Virus record (IMG/VR): IMGVR_UViG_3300036781_000236
Location: 23,999 to 87,998 of that record
Reading direction: 5' to 3' (one strand)
Length of the DNA stretch: 64,000 nt
DNA from: a virus
The notes below the pieces were generated by a model. That model made no database searches, had not been told where the DNA came from, and worked only from the letters and a program-made list of their open reading frames with translations. Of the stretch, positions 48,576 to 58,343 are shown piece by piece. Position 1 is the first letter of the stretch. Every line of letters begins with the position of its first letter. A program made the position numbers and the translations under genes.

Positions 48576-50036
48576 CTAAAATGGGCCGCCGCGCGGGCGC
48601 ATATCCGACAGGCCAGTGCGTGGGTCTATCCCACGGATCTGACGACGAGGGACAGATGACCTAGCGGGTTGCTGCTGCGGCTTCCAAATCTCCAGTTCCG
48701 TCAGCGCCCACACCAACGCATCCATGCGGTCTGGGGAATCCGCTTCACCAGCCCACGTCGTCATCTCGTCCTCTAGATCCTCGAACACACCGACATGGTG
48801 AACCGACGGTGATGGGTTACCGTCACCGTCTTTGCGGTCATACAGCGTCGAGATCGGCTCCGCGCGTGTGCGTTTCCCACGCGACGCCGACACGAGCTTC
48901 ACCGGCACAGACGGATCAACTGCCTTGATCACCATCGAGACCATGTCACCGCCGTTGTTCTTCTCCGCAACGATATGGTCGGCTTTCCAGTCATGGTAGG
49001 CATCAACCGCCGCTTGCGACCACTCAGCCGGTCCACCGCGAACAATCGTGCGGTCAGCGAGCACATACCCATGCCGATCGCTATGACCCCTGCCGCACAC
49101 GATGATCCCGGCGCTGTCCGACGTTTCCCCGCTCGTTGCGTTCGGGTCAATTGCCACCACAATCCTGGACAGCGGCGGCTCCGCGATAACACGGCCCAGG
49201 TCGATCATCGCCCGGGTCCACAACGCGCCCTCTACGTCCTCCAACAGTTCCGCTTCGATCTCCTGCCGCCCCGTACGTGTCCCTTCCAGCGGTGCGACGA
49301 CGGTGTCCCACCACGACACCGCGAGGTTCTGTCGGTTCTCATATGACGAGCCGCGAACCACGACCAGCGAGCGATCAGGCATGCCGAGAACGTCACGGGT
49401 GAGTTTGTTCGTCTTCGGTGTCGAGGTCAGTACGGCCCGCGGACGCACACCGAGTCGCAGCCCAAGCTTCAGGTTCGACCATGTCGTCTCCAGCACATCG
49501 CCCTTGCGGGCATCATCCCAAGACGACACCTCCTCACCCCACACGTAGTGATGCTGCGGGCCACGCAAACGGTCAGGTGTCTCCGACGAGAACCCCTTGA
49601 ACATTGTGCCGTTCGCTAACGTCAACTCCATCAGCGTCTTGTTCCACGCAGCCTCCCTCGACTGACCGAACAGCGCCGCCGTCGGGATCACCGACAAAAG
49701 GCCAGTTTCGCCTTCCACCATCGTTGAGATCACGTCACCGCGAGTAGGAGCAACCAACGCGATACGGCACTCCTGCTCCACAGCGCGTTCCTTCACCCAC
49801 TGAGCAGCAGAAAGCGTCTTTCCGAATCCGCGTCCGCAAAGAAGAAACCAGAACATCCAGTCGCCATCCGGTGCTTGCTGCTTCGGACGACCAACAAACC
49901 TCCACGACCGCAGAAGCATCCCCTTCAAATGATCCGGGGACATGCCGTGCTTCCGTGCCTCCTCCGCGATCAGCGCCTCCCGCTCATGAGGAGGCAGAGC
50001 AGCAAGACGCTCCAGAGGGGATTCGCTGCCCGTCAC
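48576..50036 (-). CDS. terL: Terminase large subunit
   Basis: GRGFGKT Walker A, RLRGPQ...WGEE, TSTP, GRQE..AE, VAIDP, AEKNNGG, KRTRAEP, SPDRMDALVWA. Confidence 0.93.
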   Translation of the reverse strand: MTGSESPLERLAALPPHEREALIAEEARKHGMSPDHLKGMLLRSWRFVGRPKQQAPDGDWMFWFLLCGRGFGKTLSAAQWVKERAVEQECRIALVAPTRGDVISTMVEGETGLLSVIPTAALFGQSREAAWNKTLMELTLANGTMFKGFSSETPDRLRGPQHHYVWGEEVSSWDDARKGDVLETTWSNLKLGLRLGVRPRAVLTSTPKTNKLTRDVLGMPDRSLVVVRGSSYENRQNLAVSWWDTVVAPLEGTRTGRQEIEAELLEDVEGALWTRAMIDLGRVIAEPPLSRIVVAIDPNATSGETSDSAGIIVCGRGHSDRHGYVLADRTIVRGGPAEWSQAAVDAYHDWKADHIVAEKNNGGDMVSMVIKAVDPSVPVKLVSASRGKRTRAEPISTLYDRKDGDGNPSPSVHHVGVFEDLEDEMTTWAGEADSPDRMDALVWALTELEIWKPQQQPARSSVPRRQIRGIDPRTGLSDMRPRGGPF

Positions 50037-50476
50037 GCAGCGTTCGTGCGGCGAGCGTCGAGTTCGCTCAAGCGAGCGTCGAACTGCGTCGCTACCTCAG
50101 CAGCCTCCTGATCCGTCATCTCCAATGGATCGTCGGCTTCCACTGGTGCGTACTGCGGGGCCTTCCCCCACCCGCGCTCCGCGAGAAACTGAGACGCCTT
50201 CAACCGAAGCACAGTGTCTTCTTTCGGGTTCGCCATGATGCTCGTCCAGAACCCGACGAGGAGATCAGCTCCTGTCTGTCCCTCTGTGGTCGAGGCGGCT
50301 TTGTCGAGGCGTTCACGGACGGCTTTCGCGAGTCCCTTGGGGCGTCCGCCTGGGTTCCCGGACACGCCTTTCTGGAAGGGGCGGAGGTTCTCGACGCGTC
50401 CTCTGCTTTTCTCCTTGTTCTGAGTGGGGGGTGCGGTGTCGTCTACGGTGCTCATGGTTGGTGTGTCAGGGTACAT
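50033..50476 (-). CDS. Terminase small subunit candidate (DUF5681-like)
   Basis: NLRPFQKGVSGNPGGRPKG, ERGWGKA; coupled to terL. Confidence 0.7.
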   Translation of the reverse strand: MYPDTPTMSTVDDTAPPTQNKEKSRGRVENLRPFQKGVSGNPGGRPKGLAKAVRERLDKAASTTEGQTGADLLVGFWTSIMANPKEDTVLRLKASQFLAERGWGKAPQYAPVEADDPLEMTDQEAAEVATQFDARLSELDARRTNAA

Positions 50477-50679
50477 GCGTGGGGCGGACGTTGCCGCTAT
50501 AGCAGGCTAACGTTCGTTCCGTTCGACCCAGTCGTATGCGGTGGTCGCGTAGGTGTGTTCGTCCACCTTCACATAGGTGACCGCTAACCAGCCCCACATG
50601 AGCCGGGTTGAGATCGAGGAGCGGTGGAAGGAGCCTCGTAGTTGGAAGGGACGTTCAATCACGAACCGTAGGTGCATTG

Positions 50680-51426
50680 TCACTCCTCGGTAAATACGGG
50701 TTGGTGGGAAGCGGCAGGATCAAGAGCACGATGACGCGGGTCTGGGCGCACGCTCACCCACCGCACCAACTGACCCAGTTCGTGCGGTCCCAGAGCAGGT
50801 ACTTGTTTCCGGCGTGGCGCTGGCTTCACCACCCGTGCACAATGGTCGTCCACCTCGATCAGCCCTAGATCGGCGGGGACCCACACCGTCGGGGCCGTCA
50901 GCTCCACCGTGGACTTCGCGAGATAGCCCCTCCCGCCGCACACCCGGCACTCAATGGTGCGGTAGCCGCCATAGGCTCCGTAGCCGTCCTTGGCGTCGTA
51001 CGGGTACCGCGACACATGACGTGACGCAGTCGTCGGGACAGGAACCATCTCCTTGCAGCGGCCGTGACGGCGGTTCGGGCACCACGACCGGCTGAACGCA
51101 TCGTCGTCCCAAACGGGTTCCACGAACGCCAATTCCGCGGCGGTCAGCAAGCCCTTCGGGACAGCCAACCAGAACTCGTTACACCACTCCACGTTCAACA
51201 AGCGCTTCCGTGGATTCAACAACTCCTGCCGCAGATCGCTACGAGACACCTTCACCTCGTAGCCCACCCGTGCATGCCCGCACGGTTTCGTAGACCCCCA
51301 CGCCGACATAGCCAAAAGGTCGATGTTGCGCCACTCCTCAAGGCACGTCCACGCACCAGGACCAGCCACAGGTCCGAGCGCCGGGTGACGGCGGTACAAC
51401 GCCGCCTTCACCTCAGCCGCAGTCAC
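50680..51426 (-). CDS. MmcB-like PD-(D/E)xK nuclease
   Basis: IDLLAM...GYEVKVSRSDLRQEL..P.K, FWLAVP. Confidence 0.7.
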   Translation of the reverse strand: MTAAEVKAALYRRHPALGPVAGPGAWTCLEEWRNIDLLAMSAWGSTKPCGHARVGYEVKVSRSDLRQELLNPRKRLLNVEWCNEFWLAVPKGLLTAAELAFVEPVWDDDAFSRSWCPNRRHGRCKEMVPVPTTASRHVSRYPYDAKDGYGAYGGYRTIECRVCGGRGYLAKSTVELTAPTVWVPADLGLIEVDDHCARVVKPAPRRKQVPALGPHELGQLVRWVSVRPDPRHRALDPAASHQPVFTEE

Positions 51427-51652
51427 CCGTCCGCCTTCTCCAACAACATCCGGATTGTCGGCGGATCGCAAGCAGCGATGAACTCCGCCAGCGACGACGG
51501 GAAATCCGGGTTCTCGAACACCTCCGCGACCTCAACCACCGATCCGACCGCGAACACGTGCTGCGGGTAGCCGCCACGCCACTCCCACGGCCGATCCACA
51601 TTCGTACCGCTAAGACGCGCCAGCGCGATCCGCAACCTGTCCATGTTCCCGC

Positions 51653-53911
51653 TCAACCCAACACATCCCACAAATCCATCTGGCCGCTCTCAACCACCGA
51701 CTCCTTCTCACGCTCCGCTGCATCCCGCGCGTACATCACCGCGAGCGCATCCTCACCATGCTCCGCCCAAAACGCGACCCGTGCTTCTGCGACAGCCATG
51801 TAGTCCTGCTCACGCTCAATCCCGATGAACCGTGCCCCCTCAAGAACCGCCGCGCAACCCGTCGACCCCGACCCCATGAACGGGTCCAACACCGTCCCCC
51901 CAGGTGGCGTGACAAGACGGATCAGGTACCGCATCAAGTCGATGGGCTTCACGGTCGGGTGATGATTCGCACGCGCCGTCGCGCCACGAAGCCGCGGATT
52001 ATCCGCCGCAACCTTCCGTCCGTCAGTCCAAACAGAGGCTGCGTCTGCCTCAAGACCAGCACTGCGCTCCGCGCGGCTGACTTTAGGGCAGTAGAAGAAC
52101 CGCGACGCCCCTCCCATGTCGTCGTACTCCGCACCCGTCGAAGTCATGCCCCACCCATCGCCCGGAGCGGCAGAGGCGCGCGGCGCGCCGATACGGCTGA
52201 CCGACTCCCCGGTCTGCGCGTCGAGGATCACGCCAGCCTCGGCGTCGAGGATCACGTTCGCGGGCCAGCGACCGCTATTAAGTTCCTCTGTGGTACATGC
52301 GCCATACTCTCCATACACCTGATTCGTGCGGATGCCGTCACCAATCGGAAGATCGCGAGTACCTCCATTAGTACCAATCCTGCACGCGTCGATGTTGAGC
52401 GCCCCAGTGCCGTGCGCGAGGACGTTCGCGGCGACAGTCCCTATCAGTGGCTTGCGTGCGACGACGATCGGCTCGAACGCCGGTTCAGGACTTGCGTCGG
52501 CTGCGGTGGTAGCAGTCTGGCCCGCAGAACTTGCCACCGCCAGGACGCCTGAACTCACGTCCGCAACCTGCGCAAGTGCTGACGCCACCGCGAGCGCGAT
52601 GGGCTCGATAGCAGTCGCGGGAGCAGAAGCACTCAGGATGTCGAGCCACTTCGTCCATTCGACGCTCGAAGGAGCGTCCACATTCTGTGCATAGCACGGT
52701 TGCCCAACGGTCAGGCACTCGCACACTGGCATGGTGGTCGGCGATGTGAGCGGCGCGAGTAGTGAGTTCAAGGTTCTCAAGGCGGTTGTCGTGCTTGATG
52801 CCGTTGAGGTGGTGGACATTCTCGTCTGTGTTGAGAGGTCGGCCAAGATGCTGCTCCATGACTTGACGATGTTCGAGCACGTTGCGGCCAGCGCCAGTGA
52901 GTTGTACGTACCCGTCCGCTCGGATTCGTCGGGTGACATGACCGTTGCGACACTCACGCGAGCAGAAACGCACCATGCCGCGTGCGGCCCGCGAAGACTT
53001 GACAAGGAAGGATTCACCGCACGCTTCGCAGGTGTGAGTGCTAGCCATAGAAGTGCCGCGAGACCATGGTGGATAGTGTTGACTTCATCCCAACATGGTA
53101 CCGGACTAAACGGCTTTTGAGCCCATACGACTGGCTCGTGCGCAGGTTTGAGCGCTGTTCCCCAGCCCTGCCACTCGCGGGCGGCGCTGGTGTACGGAGA
53201 CGTGATCGGAACAACGCGTGTCGCGCCTGTCCCTCCGTGCGTTTCGCCCGCGAATCCAAGGCGGGACTCCGATGTGTCGACCATCTCCGCCACGCCGATT
53301 ATCTCTCTTGCTTTGAAGTCCTGAGACTCGACGGTTCGTTCAGCGACTAGCCTCTCGATCTCGGCGGGAACCGCCGGAAGGTACGGTCGAAGAAGATCAA
53401 ATAGATCAGCCGTCGCGACGCTCGGCTGAGTCGGGTGGGTCGTGAGGTGATGCCCCATGTCCGTCCCAGTGATCTCGTTCACCCGTTGCGGAGTCATGTG
53501 CTCGCGTAGCCATGTCTGGAACGTGCGTGCTCGATCCAGCCGTTCCACCGACGCATCGAGCTTGTCGATCCCCTTTGATACATCAAGGCTTTTGGGAAAT
53601 CCTGAGCCGAACATCCAAGCGATCTGGTCGCGTATATCGAATCCAGCGTCCTCGATAGCGACGGCGATCCGATGAACTGTGCGGGTGCCACCAAACGCCA
53701 ACAGATGGCCGCCAGGCTTCAGCACACGGAGAGCAGCCTCCCACGTTTTCGGATCGAACGCGACCCCAGAACTGTCCCACGATTTTCCCATGAACCCGAG
53801 TTCGTACGGCGGGTCGCACACGACCGCGTCAACGGATTCCGGTTCGATCGCAGCCATCGCTTCGACGCAGTCGCCGAGGATCAGCCGGGGGGTGAAATCG
53901 GTGCCCGTCAC
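51653..53911 (-). CDS. N6/N4 DNA methyltransferase with about 200-aa insertion carrying a nested HNH gene
   Basis: DPPY, LKPGG, GSGFPKS, GRWPAN, HPTVKP, VLDPFMGSGST; KPAHEPVVWAQKP duplicated as EPAFEPIVVARKP. Confidence 0.9.
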   Translation of the reverse strand: MTGTDFTPRLILGDCVEAMAAIEPESVDAVVCDPPYELGFMGKSWDSSGVAFDPKTWEAALRVLKPGGHLLAFGGTRTVHRIAVAIEDAGFDIRDQIAWMFGSGFPKSLDVSKGIDKLDASVERLDRARTFQTWLREHMTPQRVNEITGTDMGHHLTTHPTQPSVATADLFDLLRPYLPAVPAEIERLVAERTVESQDFKAREIIGVAEMVDTSESRLGFAGETHGGTGATRVVPITSPYTSAAREWQGWGTALKPAHEPVVWAQKPFSPVPCWDEVNTIHHGLAALLWLALTPAKRAVNPSLSSLRGPHAAWCVSARVSVATVMSPDESERTGTYNSLALAATCSNIVKSWSSILADLSTQTRMSTTSTASSTTTALRTLNSLLAPLTSPTTMPVCECLTVGQPCYAQNVDAPSSVEWTKWLDILSASAPATAIEPIALAVASALAQVADVSSGVLAVASSAGQTATTAADASPEPAFEPIVVARKPLIGTVAANVLAHGTGALNIDACRIGTNGGTRDLPIGDGIRTNQVYGEYGACTTEELNSGRWPANVILDAEAGVILDAQTGESVSRIGAPRASAAPGDGWGMTSTGAEYDDMGGASRFFYCPKVSRAERSAGLEADAASVWTDGRKVAADNPRLRGATARANHHPTVKPIDLMRYLIRLVTPPGGTVLDPFMGSGSTGCAAVLEGARFIGIEREQDYMAVAEARVAFWAEHGEDALAVMYARDAAEREKESVVESGQMDLWDVLG
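52485..53048 (-). CDS. HNH endonuclease nested off-frame in the methyltransferase
   Basis: CEAC..FCSREC, EHRQVMEQHLGRPL...ENVHHLNGIKHDNRLENLEL, further FCS/FCG zinc modules. Confidence 0.88.
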   Translation of the reverse strand: MASTHTCEACGESFLVKSSRAARGMVRFCSRECRNGHVTRRIRADGYVQLTGAGRNVLEHRQVMEQHLGRPLNTDENVHHLNGIKHDNRLENLELTTRAAHIADHHASVRVPDRWATVLCTECGRSFERRMDEVARHPECFCSRDCYRAHRARGGVSTCAGCGREFRRPGGGKFCGPDCYHRSRRKS

Positions 53912-54111
53912 GCCCGCGTGAGAACAGTGCTATACGAACGCACGGTTCAGGCGCTCCGCCGCCTTACGACACACCCCACGACAATACTTCCGCCTATCCT
54001 CGAACGACCGCGGCGCGAACTCCGCATCACAGAACTCGCAGCGACGCACAGCGAGTCTCCGGCGGCGCGCCAGGTCGATCAGTTCCCGCACCCGTTGCCG
54101 CTGCCACGCGT

Positions 54112-54525
54112 TCACTGGCTGCCCCTAGCGTCGAACGCGGTGAACTCGATACCGCGACGGTTCTTCTCGACCCGCAACGCCAACGCCAGTTCCGGGTGCC
54201 CCGCGAGATATATCTCGCACTCGCAGAAGCAGTAGTTCGCGTCGCAGTAACGGTGATGAACCAAACCCATACCCCCCGGTGACCGAAGCACGCGCTTCTT
54301 CCGCGCAGAACGCTTTGTCACTGGTTCCTCGTTCGTCTCGTCGGGGAGACGATTTCCTTTCGCGCTATTACACGGTCCGCACATCGTCTGCAAGTTCTCG
54401 TGCCGGTTCGTGCCGCCACGCGACAACGGCACGATATGGTCAATCGTCAAATCATCGGACGTTCCGCACGCCACGCACCGGTGGTTGTCGCGGGCGTACA
54501 CCTTCTGGCGCTTCCCCTCACGCAC
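54112..54525 (-). CDS. HNH endonuclease
   Basis: RDNHRCVACG..LTIDHIVPLSRGG...NLQTMC..CNSAKG. Confidence 0.88.
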   Translation of the reverse strand: MREGKRQKVYARDNHRCVACGTSDDLTIDHIVPLSRGGTNRHENLQTMCGPCNSAKGNRLPDETNEEPVTKRSARKKRVLRSPGGMGLVHHRYCDANYCFCECEIYLAGHPELALALRVEKNRRGIEFTAFDARGSQ

Positions 54526-55093
54526 CGTCTAATCCCTCCAACGGCGGGTGCTCTGCCTTCGCGCGCGCCCGACGCGCAGCGCGCTTCTCAGCAGACGGAG
54601 ACAACCCCAACAGCAACCCCGGTGCCGCCTGCCAGTCAACCCACGCACGTCCCACCTGGCCGCTCCCAGGGAACAGATCGTCCAAGGTGTCGTCCGGGCG
54701 CGCACCAAGCCACTCGAACACCCACCGGCAGAACGCCACCGGCTTCTGACCGATCACGTAACTGTCGGGCTTCACCCGCCACTGATAGGAGTCCGGCTCA
54801 ACCTGGTTCCAGTCCCTCACCCCCTGCGGGACACGAGCCGACATGACGATCACGGGTTCCCACGACACCGTGACGGTGTGCTTCACCCACGCCAACACCC
54901 GAGCTTCGCGCGGGCACAACGGCAAGATCCACCGGAGCGACTCCGCGTTCGTGCACAGCGCCCACCCGTCATAGCCGTCATATCGGAGCTTCCAGATCAG
55001 CTCCTCGTGGTCAACCTCACCCGCATAATCGGGGTGGTCCGCATACAGGTGCGCGCGCCCAGGGTAGGGCGGATCGGCCACCGCGAGCCTCAC
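54518..55093 (-). CDS. Small N6/N4 DNA methyltransferase
   Basis: ADPPYPG, WEPVI, GQKP..F, DDLFPGSG. Confidence 0.75.
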   Translation of the reverse strand: MRLAVADPPYPGRAHLYADHPDYAGEVDHEELIWKLRYDGYDGWALCTNAESLRWILPLCPREARVLAWVKHTVTVSWEPVIVMSARVPQGVRDWNQVEPDSYQWRVKPDSYVIGQKPVAFCRWVFEWLGARPDDTLDDLFPGSGQVGRAWVDWQAAPGLLLGLSPSAEKRAARRARAKAEHPPLEGLDGA

Positions 55094-55655
55094 GACTGCG
55101 CGAACGGTGTCGCGGCGAACGGCGAAACGATCCACGTGCCCGTCTCGCACACCCGGCCGCCAGGCTGCACGTCAAGTACCCCGCAGATCGACTCCCCCTC
55201 GTCCGTGAGCACCACGAGCGCGACACCGACCGCGCCTGGGTCGGCGCACGCGCACACCACTGCCAAGTCCGCGCCGTCCCACTTATACAACCTGTACCTG
55301 TACGCGGGATTGTCGCGCGGCCATAGATCGTCTGTCGTCAAACGCGTCAGGTCGGTCACGCGGGCTTCTCCTGCTGCACCGTCAACCGTGCATCCGCGAA
55401 CGCGAACGCCCTCGTCAGAGCGTCATGCGTCGCGTTCAAACCCGCCATCGCCGCCACGATCTCCGGGGCCAACTCAGGATCGAGGGCAACGAGCGCCTGC
55501 AACGAGTCCAGGGTGTGACGGGTGTAGGTCAGCGACCCGAGGAGACGTTCGGAGCAGCGCGCGTACAGCAGCAGCTGCTCCATCCTCAACCGGATCAGAT
55601 CCTCCGCTTCGGTCATACCCCCATCGTATAGCAGGGAACGTGGGAGCGCAAGTGT

Positions 55656-56009
55656 CTAGGCGGCGACCATACCCCGACGACGAGCCAACCGCGCCTCACA
55701 CAACTTGCGGGCCTGCTCTGTCGCGTGATGATGCCCGCACCGCGGGTGATCCCTAACGGCCTGTCGCACGACCGCACGACGCAAACTCTCCCACATCGGG
55801 TGGTGAGCCGAACACGACGTGCCGATGTTCGACAGATCGTACGGGTCGCCGCCCTCGGACAACGCAACGATGTGGTGAGCGTGGAGGGGTGCGTTAGAGC
55901 AAGCGCCGCCAAGCAGCCGCGCCACGGTACAACGGTCGTCGTCTCTAGCCAGTGCTTGGGCGCGAAGCGCCCGCCACCTGGCCGTGCTGTAGAACGATTC
56001 GCTGTGCAT
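55656..56009 (-). CDS. HNH endonuclease (packaging-type)
   Basis: FYSTARWRALR..ALARD..RC, HAHHIV...GG..Y...N....C..HH. Confidence 0.8.
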   Translation of the reverse strand: MHSESFYSTARWRALRAQALARDDDRCTVARLLGGACSNAPLHAHHIVALSEGGDPYDLSNIGTSCSAHHPMWESLRRAVVRQAVRDHPRCGHHHATEQARKLCEARLARRRGMVAA

Positions 56010-56108
56010 AAGGCATCTAGCTATACGATGCCCATAGCATCGGATAGCAAACCTCGACCTGAGGTAGACGGTCATCACGTGGGCGTGAAACCCGGAGGAG
56101 AGTTCCGG

Positions 56109-56756
56109 TTACCCGTTCAGTTGCTGCGCGGCGAGCATCAACGCAGCCAGAACACTCTCGGACGTACCCGACGTGCCGCGCTCGCGTGCAACGATGCCCA
56201 ACCAAATCTCTGCTTGCGCGAAGTCCGCCTCGCTATACACCAGCACGAGTTCCTTCAAGCCAGGATCGCGGTGCTCGCGCTTACCGCTCTTCGCATCGAT
56301 CACCGCAGGACCGGTCTCATCGAGCTTCTGCAAGCGTTTCAAAGCAGCGTCAAGATCCGAGTCCGCGAAGCCTGTACCGCTAAGACCGTCGTCCATCTCC
56401 GCGAGCAACGCCAGTTGATCCGTTAGAAGCGCGTCATCGAACGCACCTGCGGCAGCGGTTCCGTTATCGGCCACGTTGTAGGCGAGTCGTTCGTTGTCGT
56501 CGCGGAACTCGTTCGGGATAGCCGCTACGTGCGTCCACCCGAGTTCCTGCGCCGCCAACACAAGATGGTGTCCGCCGATGATCGTGGTGCCGTCGACCAG
56601 TATGGGACGTACTTGCCCGAAGCGTTCCAAGGACGCACGGATAGCGGGCACGTCGCCTTTGCGTGCGTTACCCGAGAACGGGTCCAACGTGTCTATAGGA
56701 ACGAGGAACTCGCTCAATGCGGACGATCCCTCCCACACCTTCGTGACGGCGGTCAT
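56109..56756 (-). CDS. ParB/Srx N-terminal domain protein
   Basis: P...NARKGDV..I..SLERFGQ.RPI, IIGGHH..AA..LGW, ADN. Confidence 0.8.
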   Translation of the reverse strand: MTAVTKVWEGSSALSEFLVPIDTLDPFSGNARKGDVPAIRASLERFGQVRPILVDGTTIIGGHHLVLAAQELGWTHVAAIPNEFRDDNERLAYNVADNGTAAAGAFDDALLTDQLALLAEMDDGLSGTGFADSDLDAALKRLQKLDETGPAVIDAKSGKREHRDPGLKELVLVYSEADFAQAEIWLGIVARERGTSGTSESVLAALMLAAQQLNG

Positions 56757-56948
56757 GCCTGCAACTCTACGTCACCGACAGGTCGAACCTGCCGCGGATC
56801 GATCCTGTATTGCAACCCGTCCTGACCGACCATCACGAACTGCGCCCCGAACAAGATTGCGTCGGCGTCCAGCAACAAGGCTTCGCGGACGGTGGTGTGG
56901 AGGACACCGAACGGGCCGTAGTACAGCACAGGCTTCTTAGTCATGCGG

Positions 56949-57428
56949 TCAGGCTACTTGCTTGCGCGGATGCTCCCGCAGCAATGCGTCGAGCAGCCCG
57001 TGCTCGGTGGCGAACTGGACGGTACAGACCGGAAGCCGCTCGAACGCCACGACGGCGTGGCGGGACGTGTGACGCATATGGTCGCTCGCGCAAAGCGCTA
57101 CAGCGTTGCGGGGGTCCCACAGCAGCGCGTGCAAGCCGAGTCGTTTCAATCGCTGCTGAGGGACGGCGTGGTGCGCCTGCAAGGGTGCGCCGTCTTCGTC
57201 CCATGCTTCCTGCTCGGTGCAGCCGCACTGCGCGCACCGTTCACCCGAGATGGCCGCACGGAACGCTGAACCCTCGACCTTCACCTGAGCGTTATCACGC
57301 GCGCGTGACGCACGCCCCTTCGCCCCGATAGGGGCTAGCTCGGTGCGTTTCAACTGGCTATCGCCCTGCGCCAACGGGGTCTTCGCCTTCAACGGCGTGC
57401 GCCGCTGCAACGGCTTACCAGGCTTCAC
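56949..57428 (-). CDS. HNH-like nuclease
   Basis: PLQRRTPL start, CAQCG, QAHHAVP, N.VALC..DH. Confidence 0.65.
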   Translation of the reverse strand: MKPGKPLQRRTPLKAKTPLAQGDSQLKRTELAPIGAKGRASRARDNAQVKVEGSAFRAAISGERCAQCGCTEQEAWDEDGAPLQAHHAVPQQRLKRLGLHALLWDPRNAVALCASDHMRHTSRHAVVAFERLPVCTVQFATEHGLLDALLREHPRKQVA

Positions 57429-57869
57429 TGCCGCCTCCTAAACCATCTGCGTCGCGAGCGATCTATCGCGTAGCGGCGGGCAATATTCGCTACGCCGTCC
57501 AAGCCCTGCTGCTCCAGTAGTTCGACTGACACCCGCGTGAGCGGATGCCCAGACGCGACACGCTTGACCCTCTCAAAGTTCTGTAGCTCCTCCAACACTC
57601 GTGCGTTGTAGACACGTCGGCCCTCCGTACAGAGAACGAGATCGTTGGACTGAATCCATTCGACAGCCTCAATCAGCTTCGTCAGAGACGAAAGATCGAA
57701 CTCACGGCTCACGGCTTGCAGTCCTTCGCCCGCAGGTGCCACACACGGCGTCCCACGACGATGCCGCGGTTCAGGTCAGTGCGGAACCCGAGCGAGTCCG
57801 ACTTCCGTACGGCCTTGTCGCACACCACGCACCACAGTGCGTAGCCGTCTACATCCACACGCGGTTCGC

Positions 57870-58343
57870 TCACTCCGAGGGACCAGACGGGAGAGCCAAC
57901 TGCATCTTTGTCGGCATCGCCCCAGACACGTACGCCTCATCTATCTGGGGGCGCATCCACTCACCCACCGTCTCACCCGAAGGCAAAACGATATGGGCCA
58001 TGAACTCGTCTTCAAACAGGGTGATTTGGGCCTCGACGGCTTCCAACTTCGCTTTCACGACGAGCGCGAGCGCACGCCAGCGTTGGCGGCACGCCTGCTC
58101 CCACTCCTCCAACGCAGCGTCAGCGGTTCGGTACCCGCGCGAGTGCTGCGTGAATCGTCGGTCAGTCTTGTCGGGAAGCGGCAACTCGAACTTGATGTGA
58201 CGACCGTGCGCGCGAAACTGGATCGCTGCGCCCTTGTCGTTCCAGCCATACATGAAAGCGTCACACCCGTAGCGTTGCAAGATCCGTTCGATCTCCGCAC
58301 GGGACTTCTCGACAGAGACGGTGGTGTTCTGCGCGTAGCTCAC
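57870..58343 (-). CDS. Conserved phage protein
   Basis: YAQNTTVSVEKSRAEIE..L.RYG, RQRWRALALVVKAKLEAVE. Confidence 0.75.
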   Translation of the reverse strand: MSYAQNTTVSVEKSRAEIERILQRYGCDAFMYGWNDKGAAIQFRAHGRHIKFELPLPDKTDRRFTQHSRGYRTADAALEEWEQACRQRWRALALVVKAKLEAVEAQITLFEDEFMAHIVLPSGETVGEWMRPQIDEAYVSGAMPTKMQLALPSGPSE

